Of a DNA stretch of 64,000 bases, positions 20,106 to 31,705 are shown piece by piece (positions within the stretch are counted from its first letter, which is position 1; every line of letters begins with the position of its first letter). Origin of the DNA: Trypanosoma brucei. Its lineage: Eukaryota. The DNA lies in the NCBI GenBank assembly GCA_000002445.1, contig CH464491.1, positions 416,001 to 480,000 of the forward strand. The letters are read 5' to 3'. The position numbers were made by a program, and so were the translations under genes. The notes beneath the pieces were generated by a model that had not been told where the DNA came from, ran no database searches, and was given only the letters and a program-made list of their open reading frames with translations.

Positions 20106-23071
20106 CGTCACGCCTGCACGTGTTTATGCGGACATATTAGCAGTTAAATATGTACGATCTTCCTCTGTATAGTCTAGTTATTAACCATTGAGTTAGCCAA
20201 GACCTGTTAACTTTCCGGTGTGAGCGTTCTTTTTTTCTTTTCTTTTTTTGTTTTCATTTTTTACTTTGAGTACTTTACAAATCAATAAGGCTTCGAAAAT
20301 GTTGTTTTCCTTTCTTTTTCCTTACTGCGTTACGGTAGCGGCGTTTTTTTTATCTTTTTTAATAACCTCAGGGACCTCTATGTAATATGCCAATTAGTTA
20401 CATCTCTCTAGGATAGGCATAATTTCTCATGATGTATAAATATAAATATCTTTTTTTATTTTTATTTTTATGTATATGCTTATCTAATCTATGTATTTTA
20501 TTTTCTTGTTTCATTTCCTCTTATGACTATTAATGTTTTCATCTTACACTAATTTAAATTTTTTCCACCCCGTATTACCGAACACATTTGTCACATTGGG
20601 CTCCGGTTCGGGATTTTGAAGACGCCTGGCTCATGCCTTCCTCCACTGCATAACACTGCCCATAACCGTTTAGCGGCACATAATAATATAAATAGTAATA
20701 ACAATGACAATAATGATAAATGTTTTTTTCTCATGAGCGTTTGCGGTATTACCCATGTATTTTCTTTGTTTTTTTTTTCGTCATTATTGCCGTTATTTTC
20801 ATCACCAATTGTTTACTCTCAACCTCCCAATGACACTTCCCTCAGCCCAACTGAATGCGCCCATAGAGCGCTTACCGTAGTGTTTATTATTATTTTTTCT
20901 TCCGAATCAAGTTAGTATAAATTTACTCGTGTGTTTTAATTTGATTTAACCTTATGCGTAGCACAAATGCATAATATCTTAGCAGGTACTGTCTTGATTC
21001 ATTCTTATTCCATGGTACTCTCTGTGGTTCACCGTGTTGATGAAGCTTTTGTATATTTATATTCCCCATCATTTTGATAGTGCACGAAAAAGCTGTAACA
21101 TATCTTCATAGGTGAAATTTATGCATTATACTCCCAACTGCTTTTGTAGGTGAGGGATGAGGTGCGGAAGGAAAAATCTGCACTGGATCCTCTGAGGTGT
21201 GTGGTGGTTGTCGTTGATTGAATTATGATTTTCTTGTCGTGACCCCGCCGCCGGGGGAAATTTGGCAGTCTCTTTTCGACAAATGCGATATAGGCTTGTA
21301 TGTTGGGCTGGAAGATGGATCGCCTGTGGTGTGTTGGGCTTTCTTTATTTGGTGTGGAAGCTTTATGCGCATTTTTGTTGTTGTAGAGGTGGTGAAAATC
21401 ACATTTTATGCACTTGGTGGTAGAAGTATTGGGAGGGTTTTGATGTTTTTCATGCCCTTATTCACGCACTCGAATGGCGCCACCTCAGCCGGGGAACTCG
21501 GCTCTCTTCGAAGTGTCGCATTCTTTTTCCTCCGCTTGTCCATACAATACCTACTCGCAAGCTGGTGAAAATTAAGCCGCCAAGTCCCTCTCAACGGTAT
21601 GCGCATAATCCGTGCCTGGCAAAATCAACTATTCTGAAACACTGTCTGTAGACACAAAGGGCGGTTAAGGCGCTCATTTTCATGTTCCATTTACACTTCC
21701 TCCATCACACAATCAAACAAAAAACTTTCTCATTTTAGTGACAATGCCATTCGAACGGCGTCTTCGAGTATGCCAAAGCGGACCCATGTGCCCTACTCGG
21801 GCCGCAACGCCAGCAGCGCGTTATGGCCTTTACCAAGGGTTTACTGGGGAGTATAGTCGTTTCTCCATATTCCTGCATCATAGTTCCCTCTGGTTGTATT
21901 TCCCACTTTCTTTCTATAATCCTTCTGCGTTGGTTGACGAATGGATGTGTTACGTGGGCAGTTGCTCCATCACTGCGAAATGGTAGAAGGTGGGGGTGAT
22001 AAACCTTGAGGTGTCGGGTGAAAGCAACCCTTTTCCACGTTCTGTACCGCCACATTCTGTATTCGGGTGCGCCAACCGCCGGCTTGAGTGCTTTTTCGTC
22101 CACATTGGCAGAAACGGGGTGCAGGTTGCAGAGTCCTTTTATTTATTTATTTTTGTGGGTGCCATACTTTTCAAGACTTCTCAAACAATTTCCTCTGCAA
22201 TGCCGTCAGCCGCCTATTCGAGGTGAGTTTATCTTAAGGGAAATGAGGCGCATGACAACGTTGTTTTTTTTTCCACTTTACCCACAGCGAGGGCCTTCGC
22301 AGGGGCCGACGCATTGCCTGCGACAAAATGCCCAACTTTTGATATGCTTCGTTTCTTGTTGGGGAAAGATTTCAGTGCGAGCTTCGTTTGAAGAGCGAAA
22401 ACAATTATGTATCTACGCTTTAAAGGGCATTTGATCAAAAGAAAATACCTTTCCACAGAGTTTCTCGTTGTCGTTAGTGTGTCCGATGTTCCGGTTAAGG
22501 TTAACAACTGGAGTGTGGATGTTTCCCGCAACGCGAAGCATTTTCACTTGGTAGTGGAAGCGGTGGCGTCGTCGGAACATGTCTTTTCGTGAGACTTTCG
22601 AGGTGTGATAAGGAGTTGTGTAGCGGTTCCGCGCCTATGCGAGTGTAAAGCCTGCAGGCTGTTTTCTTCCCGCCGCCGCGGTTTCCTGCTATGTTCAAGT
22701 GAGGTTGTCTCGTTCCGTTCGAATGTTGTTGTGGAGTTCACCCCTGGTGACCGGCATTCCCTTTAGGCAGTGCAATTCACCTTAGTTATCTGACTACTAG
22801 CCTTATTTTGCTCTGTTATTTAAATATATATTTGATTGCCGTTACAATCTGACACTGTGCTGAGGAAGGTAATTGGGAGACATCTATGATAAAGTTCGCT
22901 TGTGTATTGAAAGGATGCAAGCTCCATTACAAAATAGGTAATGTGTTTTATTTCAACTGGTCGCTCGAGGCATGCTATCTCGTGCTTTAAATATTTTCTC
23001 AGCCTTATTTTTTCTAGTGTTCAACACCTGAAGTTGTTGCTGCTACTTTTCGTCGGAAGGAAGGCGTGGGT

Positions 23072-23491
23072 ATGTCCTTTTTCCAGTTGGATTGGGAATG
23101 TTCATATCAAGAGTATATGAAAATGATCTATCATCACGCAACGAACTATGTTCCGCCACGGGTTTCACAAGAGAGGCACCTCATCACTTGTAGGGAGCTG
23201 CTGAATGAAGCTCAGAGGGAATGCAAGGGAGGCAAGTATGATCTTTCCTTCTTTCACTACCTTCGGTGTATGGAGATTCTCACTAAGGTGGGGATACCCT
23301 CTACATACAAAGATTCAATGGTTCTGAAGAAGCAGTGTATGGATGCCATTGAAGCCCTCATGAATAGCGCTCTTAAAAATCACTATGAAAAAATGGTTAA
23401 AGAATTAAAGTCAAAGAAGGAAGGAGTTGATGCGGTTGACTATAAATTGTATGGCGACAGACTTGCCCACGTATCTGGGGGAAACAGCTAA
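23072..23491 (+). CDS. possible small helical protein (AMSH/USP8 N-terminal dimerisation-domain-like), either a stand-alone gene or a truncated remnant
   Basis: The 139 aa ORF has a polypyrimidine tract plus AG immediately upstream. The pattern VPPR...(helix)...GKYDLSFFHYLRCMEIL...YKDS...KKQ loosely resembles the N-terminal MIT-like domain of AMSH/STAMBP (IPPRRYFRSG...AFILYNKYITLF...HRDYKS). No JAMM domain follows it. The track start (23066) is a GTG. The ORF sits in an otherwise ORF-free 7.4 kb stretch. Confidence 0.2.
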   Translation: MSFFQLDWECSYQEYMKMIYHHATNYVPPRVSQERHLITCRELLNEAQRECKGGKYDLSFFHYLRCMEILTKVGIPSTYKDSMVLKKQCMDAIEALMNSALKNHYEKMVKELKSKKEGVDAVDYKLYGDRLAHVSGGNS

Positions 23492-26400
23492 AGATGGCTA
23501 CAGAATATGTCGTTTGATGAATCCACATGGGCAAGGCGTTGGGAATGCAAAGAGCAAAAGCACAAAGACTGCGAAAAGTTGTGTTACGAGGGTCAGCAGC
23601 GGGGTCGCGCTCATTTTTACTCTACGCACAACCGACCCCGAATATGCTTAGCGAAACGTCAGGTGCCGTGGTGGATATGTGCACCGATGAATTTTCTATT
23701 GATATCAAGGAGCCTTCTCCAGAAGATGCAATTGTCGTAGCCAGCCTGACTCTACGAAAAAAAAAAATGCAAAAGTGGCGCGAAGAAAAGAGGACAGCAG
23801 CAAAGCCACCGAAGAGAGCACAGTCCGGGGCATCCACATGCACACTCAATTTTAACAAACAAGAAACCAGATGGCCTCTAAAGATTAGTGAATGCTAAAT
23901 TGTAGCGGTCACCGCATTGTCCTCACGCACCCCAAAGTTTTTCTTTTTTTGGGGGGGGGGCTCTACATCCTTAACTAATGCTAAACGTTGTGTCTTCCAG
24001 TCAGTGCGCTGCTGCACCACAGCAAATACAAAGCCAAAATGAATTGCATATAAAGGCAAAAGCCTCATACTAACATCATATGCCGACCCTGATAGTGGCT
24101 CGCGGCGTGCCGTGGCTGTTATTTGAAGGTGAAACAATACGAGCTCGAACAACAGATCCTATATATATATATATATATATGTACATATAAAGATTTGTGT
24201 ATCAACGGAGTTTTTTGTGACCGCAGTGTTTCCGACGACTGACCACGAATAGTCACTCCTGGAGCCAAACATCTCCTTCCAAACACATCCTCTGCGTAAA
24301 ATCACGGCCAATCATATTTTGAAAAATTATAATCGTGCCACTTCTGCTGGATTGGGAAACCGCCGACCGAACCTGCACATGAAGTTGGGTTCCGCGTTTG
24401 ACTTATCTCTGATAACACCCTTTTCACACATCCGGAGGTGCATGCGCTAAAGAGCTCGCCACAACGGAATTAACATGATATGAAAGCAAACGAACTCGCA
24501 GTCCCATTCCCGCCCGGTGCGTAATGGTCATCAATCAGACATCCGTTGGGGAAGAGTTTAAACGGATTGCACAGACGCCAAAACGAAGCAATTACATGTA
24601 GAAAAAAAAGGAATGAGGAAAGAAACCCTAGAGTCACATCGATATCGCAAGTGGGTAATGACCACAGATGGAGAAATCAACGCGTCGTTATCCGTCGGAG
24701 TCGGAACGCGACTTTCTTGGTCAAAGTCGAGGGAAGCCATAATGTCAGCACCGACTGTAGACCCCGTCCTTTCAGCTATGTACCAGAATCTGTAGCCTTT
24801 CCGACAGCACTACAGCAGCCGAATATCCAACGTACCCTCCGTAAACGAATTCCTATTTGCTAGCACTGACAGTTCATGCCTCGCAGCTACGCTAAACAAC
24901 GGCCAAATAAGCCAGAGAAGTTGAGCAAAGAAAGAAATGTGGATGAGGGCGCCTCACTATCCTAAAGCTGCATGATCGATACGTCGGCAATTTTAGCGAA
25001 GCCGCTGCGGAGTACAAGTTAACGAGTTGGCAGATGAATATGCAACGCAAGTTGTAGAAACCGGCGCATATGAGAAAACTTTAGCACTATAGCATACTTA
25101 CGCGAACCAGCCTCCACGAACGATGTGGAACCAAATCATTTCATATCTATAGCACCGATGTAAACTCGGGAAAATGGGTTCAAGGACGGAACACCTTGAA
25201 CTGAAACTCCTGGCGGCACCACACCATGTTGAAGTAAATACAAAAAAATATATCTTCACTACTCCCAAGAGGGCCGCTTTCTACAATATCCAAAGGAGGA
25301 CGTCAAAAATATATAAGACAGTCCGTGCACTGACCGTCCAGGCACGCAAACCACAAGACGATGGTTGACGCGAAACCACGGTCGATCTGGATTCGCACAT
25401 TGATTATTACAAAATTTTCAAATAGATTTAGAAGTTCAGAGCTAAATAAAACAAATGAATAAACATATATACACAACATCCCCTTTTATTTGCTTCCCTC
25501 ATGTCTCAATCTGTTTCTGTTTTCTTTATGCAACTATTTTGGAGCTGCTTCCGATGTGCCACTGCAGAATGAAAAAATGCTCATTGGAACAAATGCATGA
25601 GTTTGCATATAAATATCACACATAATTTATTTCATATTACGAGTGTTTGCAATATAATGGAAAACATGGAAAGGAAATGAATCAATGAATATGCGCCGCA
25701 GTTGTAAAAGGTTTGTGCTACTATTGTGCTTGCTTGTCTCAAAAACTCCTTCCCAATTGTTTAGTATGAAGCAAATTGTTGTAGCAGTTTAAATGAGAAA
25801 AAAGATACATAGTCCACTCTGTTTGTTCCAACAGCAATTTATCCTTTTTCAAAATGCTTCACACACAATACCAGAGAAAAATTACCTTTTTTTCTTGTCA
25901 GTACTGACATTCCTTCTTCGCAACGTACTCTGTAGAATTGGAAGTTTGAAACAATTGAAGGGACCTCCGCACACTCACGGAATGGCATCTGTTTTGCCTT
26001 CATAATGATAGTTTCATTCCTCCGCGGGTTGTGGCGTGATATCCTCCGCTTCTCCTCTTTTTTCCAGTTTTCGCGGTATTGGAGTCCATTCCCCCTCCCT
26101 TCATTCTTCCAAATAAATTATAAAGGTATCAAATGAAAGGGCTTTGAGGGCACTCGGCATTGACGAAAACACTACGAAGTTATTGTTCCCAATGGAATTT
26201 ATTCGTGAAGTGTAAGATACAAAGGAGGCCAAGTAGAGAAAATAATACAACCCAAAATGTCAGGGAACACGGGTATTTATTAGGAATGAACGTAGAACTA
26301 ACATGCGCAGATATGATACTGCAAAGACAACAATTTCGGCTAACATTTGTGTGCATGTTCAACTTTTACAACTGGAGAAATATTCACTACTAAAGTTTTC

Positions 26401-27505
26401 TCACAGTTGTAATAATAGCAATGCGTGAAAACACAAATACACGCTCCTCAAATGCATGATACAACCAGAGGTGTAAATAGCTCAAATGGTAGGATTCTCG
26501 ACACATGTGGAAACGAATTAACTCAACTAGCAATATTTTAGTTATATCGAAGCCTTACCACAATCGGTTCAGCTAAAATACTTCAAACGAGTCCTTCAAA
26601 ACCCCTGTTTGTTAATGCTTTTATTTATTTTATTCTGATGCCTGGTGAGCATATTTGGCTGCGATGGATTACTGCTGTACATGTTGGATGTGCGAAATCT
26701 TTCTCTAAATTCACAGAAATATATATCGTACCGTCTTTCATTTTACTACTCCCTTACATTCTCTCCAAACATACATAGATGATACCATAGTCATTATAGC
26801 TATTGAGGAAACTGATACCTTGGTCTTACATTGCCCTGGTCGTGGCCGAAACTTGCAACTTGATTTGTCGTGCATTCCGCTATCCATGCTGGAAGTTGTG
26901 TTGTGCAATATTTTCCCTCCGAGTTATGAGGTGTGATAACTGTCAGTCCTTCAGTTGTGCCCTACCAATCGAATCCATCAGCACTATTTTATTGCATCTC
27001 CTCATTCACTTCCCCTTTTACACAGACATATTTCTACCATTAAAAGTTAAAATGTGACTCATAAGCGATGATGAGACCACACCGAGTTGTTTTGCTATTA
27101 CCTCAGTAGCACCACATGAAAGCAAAGTGTTGGCTTTGCATTGCCCTTCTGTGCCAATAGTCGAAAACAGAAATATAGTGAGGAATGTTTGTTATTATTT
27201 GGAATCCTTTTATTGAGTGTGACTTTGGAATCGTAACATAATTGAAATAAGCAGAGAATGTGTCATCCCTCCCTTCCCATTAATTTTCTACATGTGCTGA
27301 GAGGAGATGAAAAGTGTTTTCAGTGTTTGAAGTTTTGACATTTCAGTGGCATAATACTTCAAGTTAGTGGAAATAAAATTGCATACCCAATGCCATTATG
27401 ATGCAAATACATTCAACTGACAGCATTCAATCATCTCATTGCCAAACTTTGTTTCGACTCTCAGAAATAATATTTTTAGTAGAAAACGGCTACCAAACAT
27501 AAGTA

Positions 27506-30500
27506 ATGGGAACTACAATGTCAGGAAACCAAGGAAGAAAGCGACAGCGCATCTCAACTCCTGAGCACTCAGAAGCTTTAAAGGAACCATCAACTTCTCA
27601 AAAAAATACACCAACCACCATTACAATCACCGAAGAAATGCGTGACTCCAGTAATGAAGGAACTTTGGTATCATTACTGAATGAGCGTGAGAAGTTGATT
27701 AAAGAAACACCACGGCTGGAAAGCAATGTGAAGGCATTCAGATATTTTATGAGTGGTCTCACAGCTATGAGTGTTGAAAGGCAAGGTGGTGTGTGTGATG
27801 ACGCCAAATGCATACGTACAGTAACGTTATATCATGCTGCTGATAATTCCTTTAGTGGCAAAGGACTAAATGAAGGTGCTCTTTCCTCACTCTGTGGTCG
27901 CATTCAAGCTGAGAAATTAACCATCACAATGTCAGAAGGTGAGAAATTTGACTTACAAGGAGTCAGTGAGCTAAAGCAGTTGGAAGAGTTACGCATTGAA
28001 TACCCACGTGGAAAACTTGTGAATATGATATCTTTGAAGAGACTGCACATGTTGAAAAGGCTTTATCTTAAGAGTAACAACATTGACGACAATGACGTTA
28101 GCCATTTATTCAATATTGTAACGTTGGAGGATTTGGTTGTTGCTGACACCATGCAACTGACAAATATCAAAGGAATCTCTCGCTTGACTAACCTGAAGTG
28201 TCTTGAGTTTAATTACACAAGCATTGATGATAGCTGTATAGAGGAAATATGTGAATGTGCTACACTTTCCAAGCTGAGTGTATCTGAATGCAACAGCCTC
28301 ACGGATGTAACACCAATTTCACAACTTGCAGCACTAGAAGAGTTGAATCTAAGCAATTGCTACCACATAACGAAGGGAATAGGAGCACTTGTAAGGTTGT
28401 TGCGACTGCGTGCACTTGACTTGAGTGGTGTCTCTGTGGAAGATAATTTTCTTAAGGATTTGTGTGATTGTGGACCGCTGGAAAGGCTGAACCTTTCTCA
28501 TTGCATTCAGTTGACAGATATCAATCCACTCTCCAACGCCACTGCTATTCAGGAATTGAACCTTAACCGTTGTCACCGAATAACACAGGGGATAAGCGTT
28601 GTGTGGGAATTACCAAAGCTACGCGTATTGCACATGAAGGACATGCACCTGAGCGAGTCATCTCTTGATTCGGTTGGAACTAGCGAATCACTTGTAAAAT
28701 TAAGTATTGAAAACTGTGCAGGTTTTGGTGACATGACACTCTTATCCAGCTTTGTTGCACTCGAGGAACTGAATATTCAAAAATGTGCTGATATCATTAG
28801 TGGTGTGGGTTGCCTTGGTACACTACCGTACCTGCGTGTACTTAACATAAAGGAAGCACACATCTCTTCCATTGGCTTTACTGGTATTGGTGCCTCAAAA
28901 TCCCTTTTACAGCTCACTATAGAGAGTACCACGGGACTGAGTGATGTGGAAGCACTCGCTAACATTTTAACTCTGGAAAAACTAAGCCTTCTCGGTTGCA
29001 ATGGTATTGACGCTGGAATTGGATGTCTCGGTAACCTGCCACAGCTTAAAGTGTTGGATCTGTCTGGTACAAATACTGACAGTGATTCTCTCAGAGGTCT
29101 ATGCGTATCACAGACAATAGTGTCACTCAACCTTTCCCATTGTTGGAAAGTAACAAGTGTGTTCCATATTTCAGCCCTTGAAACATTGAATGAACTGAAT
29201 TTAAGTGACTGTATTAGGATAAATGCAGGATGGGAAGCACTTGAAAAACTTCAGCAGCTACATGTGGCAATCCTCTCGAATACACATATTACTGATAGAG
29301 ACATATCTCATTTCAGCAAGTGCAAAGAACTTGTTACGCTGGATCTTTCTTTCTGCGATGAGTTATTTGATATTACATCCCTCTCCAACATCACTACGCT
29401 TGAGGATTTGAATCTTGATAATTGTTCAAAGATTAGAAAAGGGCTGAGTGTTCTTGGAGAGCTACCACGGCTTCGTGTGTTGAACGTGAAGGGTGTCCAC
29501 TTGACGAATTCTGTTATTGGATCACTAGGGAATGGCAAATCATTTGTCAAACTTATTCTTGATAATTGCAAAGGATTAAGTGATGTCACATTTCTTTCGA
29601 GCCTTTCAACACTTAAGGAACTGAATCTTCACCACTGTGACGCGGTAACCTCTGGAATTGGAACGCTGGGAAGGTTATTGCAGCTTCGTGTACTGGATTT
29701 GGGATGGACAAAAATTGATAATAATTCCCTTGAGGATATCTGCGCGTGCTCAAGCCCACTTGTATCATTAAACCTTTCGCATTGTAAGGAAATAACATCT
29801 ATTTCTGCGATAGCTTCCCTTAATGCATTGGAGAAACTCAACATTGACAACTGCTGTCATGTAACATCCGGCTGGAATGTATTTGGTACACTTCACCAAC
29901 TGCGTGTGGCCGTACTGTCGAACACACGAATTAATGATGAAAACATACGGCACATCAGCGAGTGCAAGTCTTTGAATACACTCAACCTCGCATTTTGTAA
30001 TGACATAACGGACATCACGGCACTTTCTAACATTACTATGCTCAGGGAATTGAACATTGATTGGTGCTTCAATATCGAGAAAGGTGTCGAAGCTCTTGGA
30101 AAGCTGCCTAAGCTTCGCGAGCTAGATGCAAAGAAATGTGGAACAAGTGTTAGATGGATGCAACAATATCCTTACAACACACTCTTCAAATCACTTGTGA
30201 AACTGAATCTCGAGAATGGACGTGAATCATTTTGTGTGGGAACTCTCTCCTCAACTGCTATAGTTGAAGAATTGCTGCTGGGACGCGCTTGTGAGCCGTA
30301 TCATCTACCCCCAATCTCCAGCCTAAGACGACTTCGTGTACTGAATTTGGATGATGGAAGGGTCTGTGACATATGGCTTGAGGGGATCTCTCAATCCAAG
30401 TCACTGCAGTCACTTAACGTATCAAACTGTAATTATATAACCGATATATCAGCATTATCTTCCCTATCAACGTTGGAGGAACTGAATGTTAACTGCTGCG

Positions 30501-31705
30501 ATCGAATACGAAAAGGTTGGGAGGCATTTGAAGCTCTGACTCGACTACGTGTAGCAACCCTTTCCGTAACTTGGGTTACCAACGAAGGCATACGTCTCCT
30601 CAGCGGGTGCAAAAATCTCAGAAATTTGGAGCTGTACTGTTGTGGAGATGTGTCCAATATCGAGCCGATAAATAACATTAAGTCACTGGAAGAGCTCACC
30701 ATTCAGAACTGCCATAACATTAATGAAGGTCTGCTCAAGGTTGGAATGCTACCAAGGCTACGGGTATTGGTTTTAAGGAAATTACAATCCACTTATTTCT
30801 CCCTCAGTTCACTAGGAGAGAGCAAATCTCTAGTGAAACTCACTATCGAAGGACCTGAAGAACTATGCGACATCAAACTTATTTCCAACATTGCAACACT
30901 TAAGGAACTGAAAATCGCCCATGGTGACCGATTATTGAATGATGTAGGGGATCTTGGAAAACTGCCATGGCTTCATGTACTAACCCTGAGCCATTTCAAC
31001 ATGGGAAATACCTGTTTTGAGAGTGTCTGCAAGATTCGATCGTTGAAATCACTTGACATTACCCACTCATTTGAATTGCCAGACATATATCATATATCAA
31101 ACCTTACGGCACTAGAAGAACTGAATCTGAGCGGATGTTACCACATAATTTCAGGCTGGGAAGCACTGACCGCATTACCACGACTCCGTGTGCTCAACTT
31201 ATCGTCCACAAGAGTTACAACCAGTTACGGTGGATATTATATCAGCAGATGCAAATCCCTCATTACACTGAACCTTGAATCGTGTGATATGACCGATGCT
31301 TCTTGTCTTGCTGATATCAAGACACTAGAGGAGTTACACATAGGGAAGTGCGAAGAGCTAACGCGGGGGTTTAGTGCACTTTTCACTCTTCCACAGTTGC
31401 GCATTCTTAACCTTATGGATTCTCTCATTACAGATGAAGATCTCAGGGAAATTCAACTATCCCATACCATTGAGGATCTCAACCTCTCTTATTGCAAGGA
31501 GCTTAATGATATCACACCCGTTAGGAGGATCAAATCAATTAAAAAAATGGACCTCCACCGAAGCTCTGAAGGCAGGGGACTAAGGGAAGGATTCAGAAGT
31601 CTTTTGGAGCTACCATGTCTTTCCTGGGTTGATATCAAAAATGCTAATGTCAGTTTTGATGTTTATAAAGAACTGAAAGAAAGGAAAGTGGATATATACA
31701 ACTAG
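27506..31705 (+). CDS. leucine-rich repeat protein (LRRP), ESAG8-like LRRs, ~45 tandem LRR units, no RING finger
   Basis: A 1399 aa protein built almost entirely from ~24-residue repeats of the type LxxLxLSxCxxITDIxPLSxLxxLEELNLxxC, as in trypanosome ESAG8/LRRP1. The N-terminus MGTTMSG fits an N-myristoylation consensus, and a basic KRQR cluster follows it. The ORF starts at an ATG. Confidence 0.85.
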   Translation: MGTTMSGNQGRKRQRISTPEHSEALKEPSTSQKNTPTTITITEEMRDSSNEGTLVSLLNEREKLIKETPRLESNVKAFRYFMSGLTAMSVERQGGVCDDAKCIRTVTLYHAADNSFSGKGLNEGALSSLCGRIQAEKLTITMSEGEKFDLQGVSELKQLEELRIEYPRGKLVNMISLKRLHMLKRLYLKSNNIDDNDVSHLFNIVTLEDLVVADTMQLTNIKGISRLTNLKCLEFNYTSIDDSCIEEICECATLSKLSVSECNSLTDVTPISQLAALEELNLSNCYHITKGIGALVRLLRLRALDLSGVSVEDNFLKDLCDCGPLERLNLSHCIQLTDINPLSNATAIQELNLNRCHRITQGISVVWELPKLRVLHMKDMHLSESSLDSVGTSESLVKLSIENCAGFGDMTLLSSFVALEELNIQKCADIISGVGCLGTLPYLRVLNIKEAHISSIGFTGIGASKSLLQLTIESTTGLSDVEALANILTLEKLSLLGCNGIDAGIGCLGNLPQLKVLDLSGTNTDSDSLRGLCVSQTIVSLNLSHCWKVTSVFHISALETLNELNLSDCIRINAGWEALEKLQQLHVAILSNTHITDRDISHFSKCKELVTLDLSFCDELFDITSLSNITTLEDLNLDNCSKIRKGLSVLGELPRLRVLNVKGVHLTNSVIGSLGNGKSFVKLILDNCKGLSDVTFLSSLSTLKELNLHHCDAVTSGIGTLGRLLQLRVLDLGWTKIDNNSLEDICACSSPLVSLNLSHCKEITSISAIASLNALEKLNIDNCCHVTSGWNVFGTLHQLRVAVLSNTRINDENIRHISECKSLNTLNLAFCNDITDITALSNITMLRELNIDWCFNIEKGVEALGKLPKLRELDAKKCGTSVRWMQQYPYNTLFKSLVKLNLENGRESFCVGTLSSTAIVEELLLGRACEPYHLPPISSLRRLRVLNLDDGRVCDIWLEGISQSKSLQSLNVSNCNYITDISALSSLSTLEELNVNCCDRIRKGWEAFEALTRLRVATLSVTWVTNEGIRLLSGCKNLRNLELYCCGDVSNIEPINNIKSLEELTIQNCHNINEGLLKVGMLPRLRVLVLRKLQSTYFSLSSLGESKSLVKLTIEGPEELCDIKLISNIATLKELKIAHGDRLLNDVGDLGKLPWLHVLTLSHFNMGNTCFESVCKIRSLKSLDITHSFELPDIYHISNLTALEELNLSGCYHIISGWEALTALPRLRVLNLSSTRVTTSYGGYYISRCKSLITLNLESCDMTDASCLADIKTLEELHIGKCEELTRGFSALFTLPQLRILNLMDSLITDEDLREIQLSHTIEDLNLSYCKELNDITPVRRIKSIKKMDLHRSSEGRGLREGFRSLLELPCLSWVDIKNANVSFDVYKELKERKVDIYN

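Noticed and set aside
21218-22434. ORFs 21218-21568 (+), 21735-22103 (-) and 22006-22434 (+) in the gene-poor stretch
   Set aside because: They overlap each other in different frames, have no motifs, have Trp/Cys/Phe-rich arbitrary composition, and have no convincing splice-acceptor context. They are regarded as chance ORFs.
20106-27505. Retroposon (ingi/RIME/SIDER-like) insertion as the explanation for the 7.4 kb gap and the strand-switch region
   Set aside because: I see no reverse-transcriptase or endonuclease ORF remnants, no terminal poly(A) flanked by target-site duplications, and no 5' signature I can recognise from memory. It cannot be excluded without a repeat-library search, so it is listed as a check under the relevant finding.
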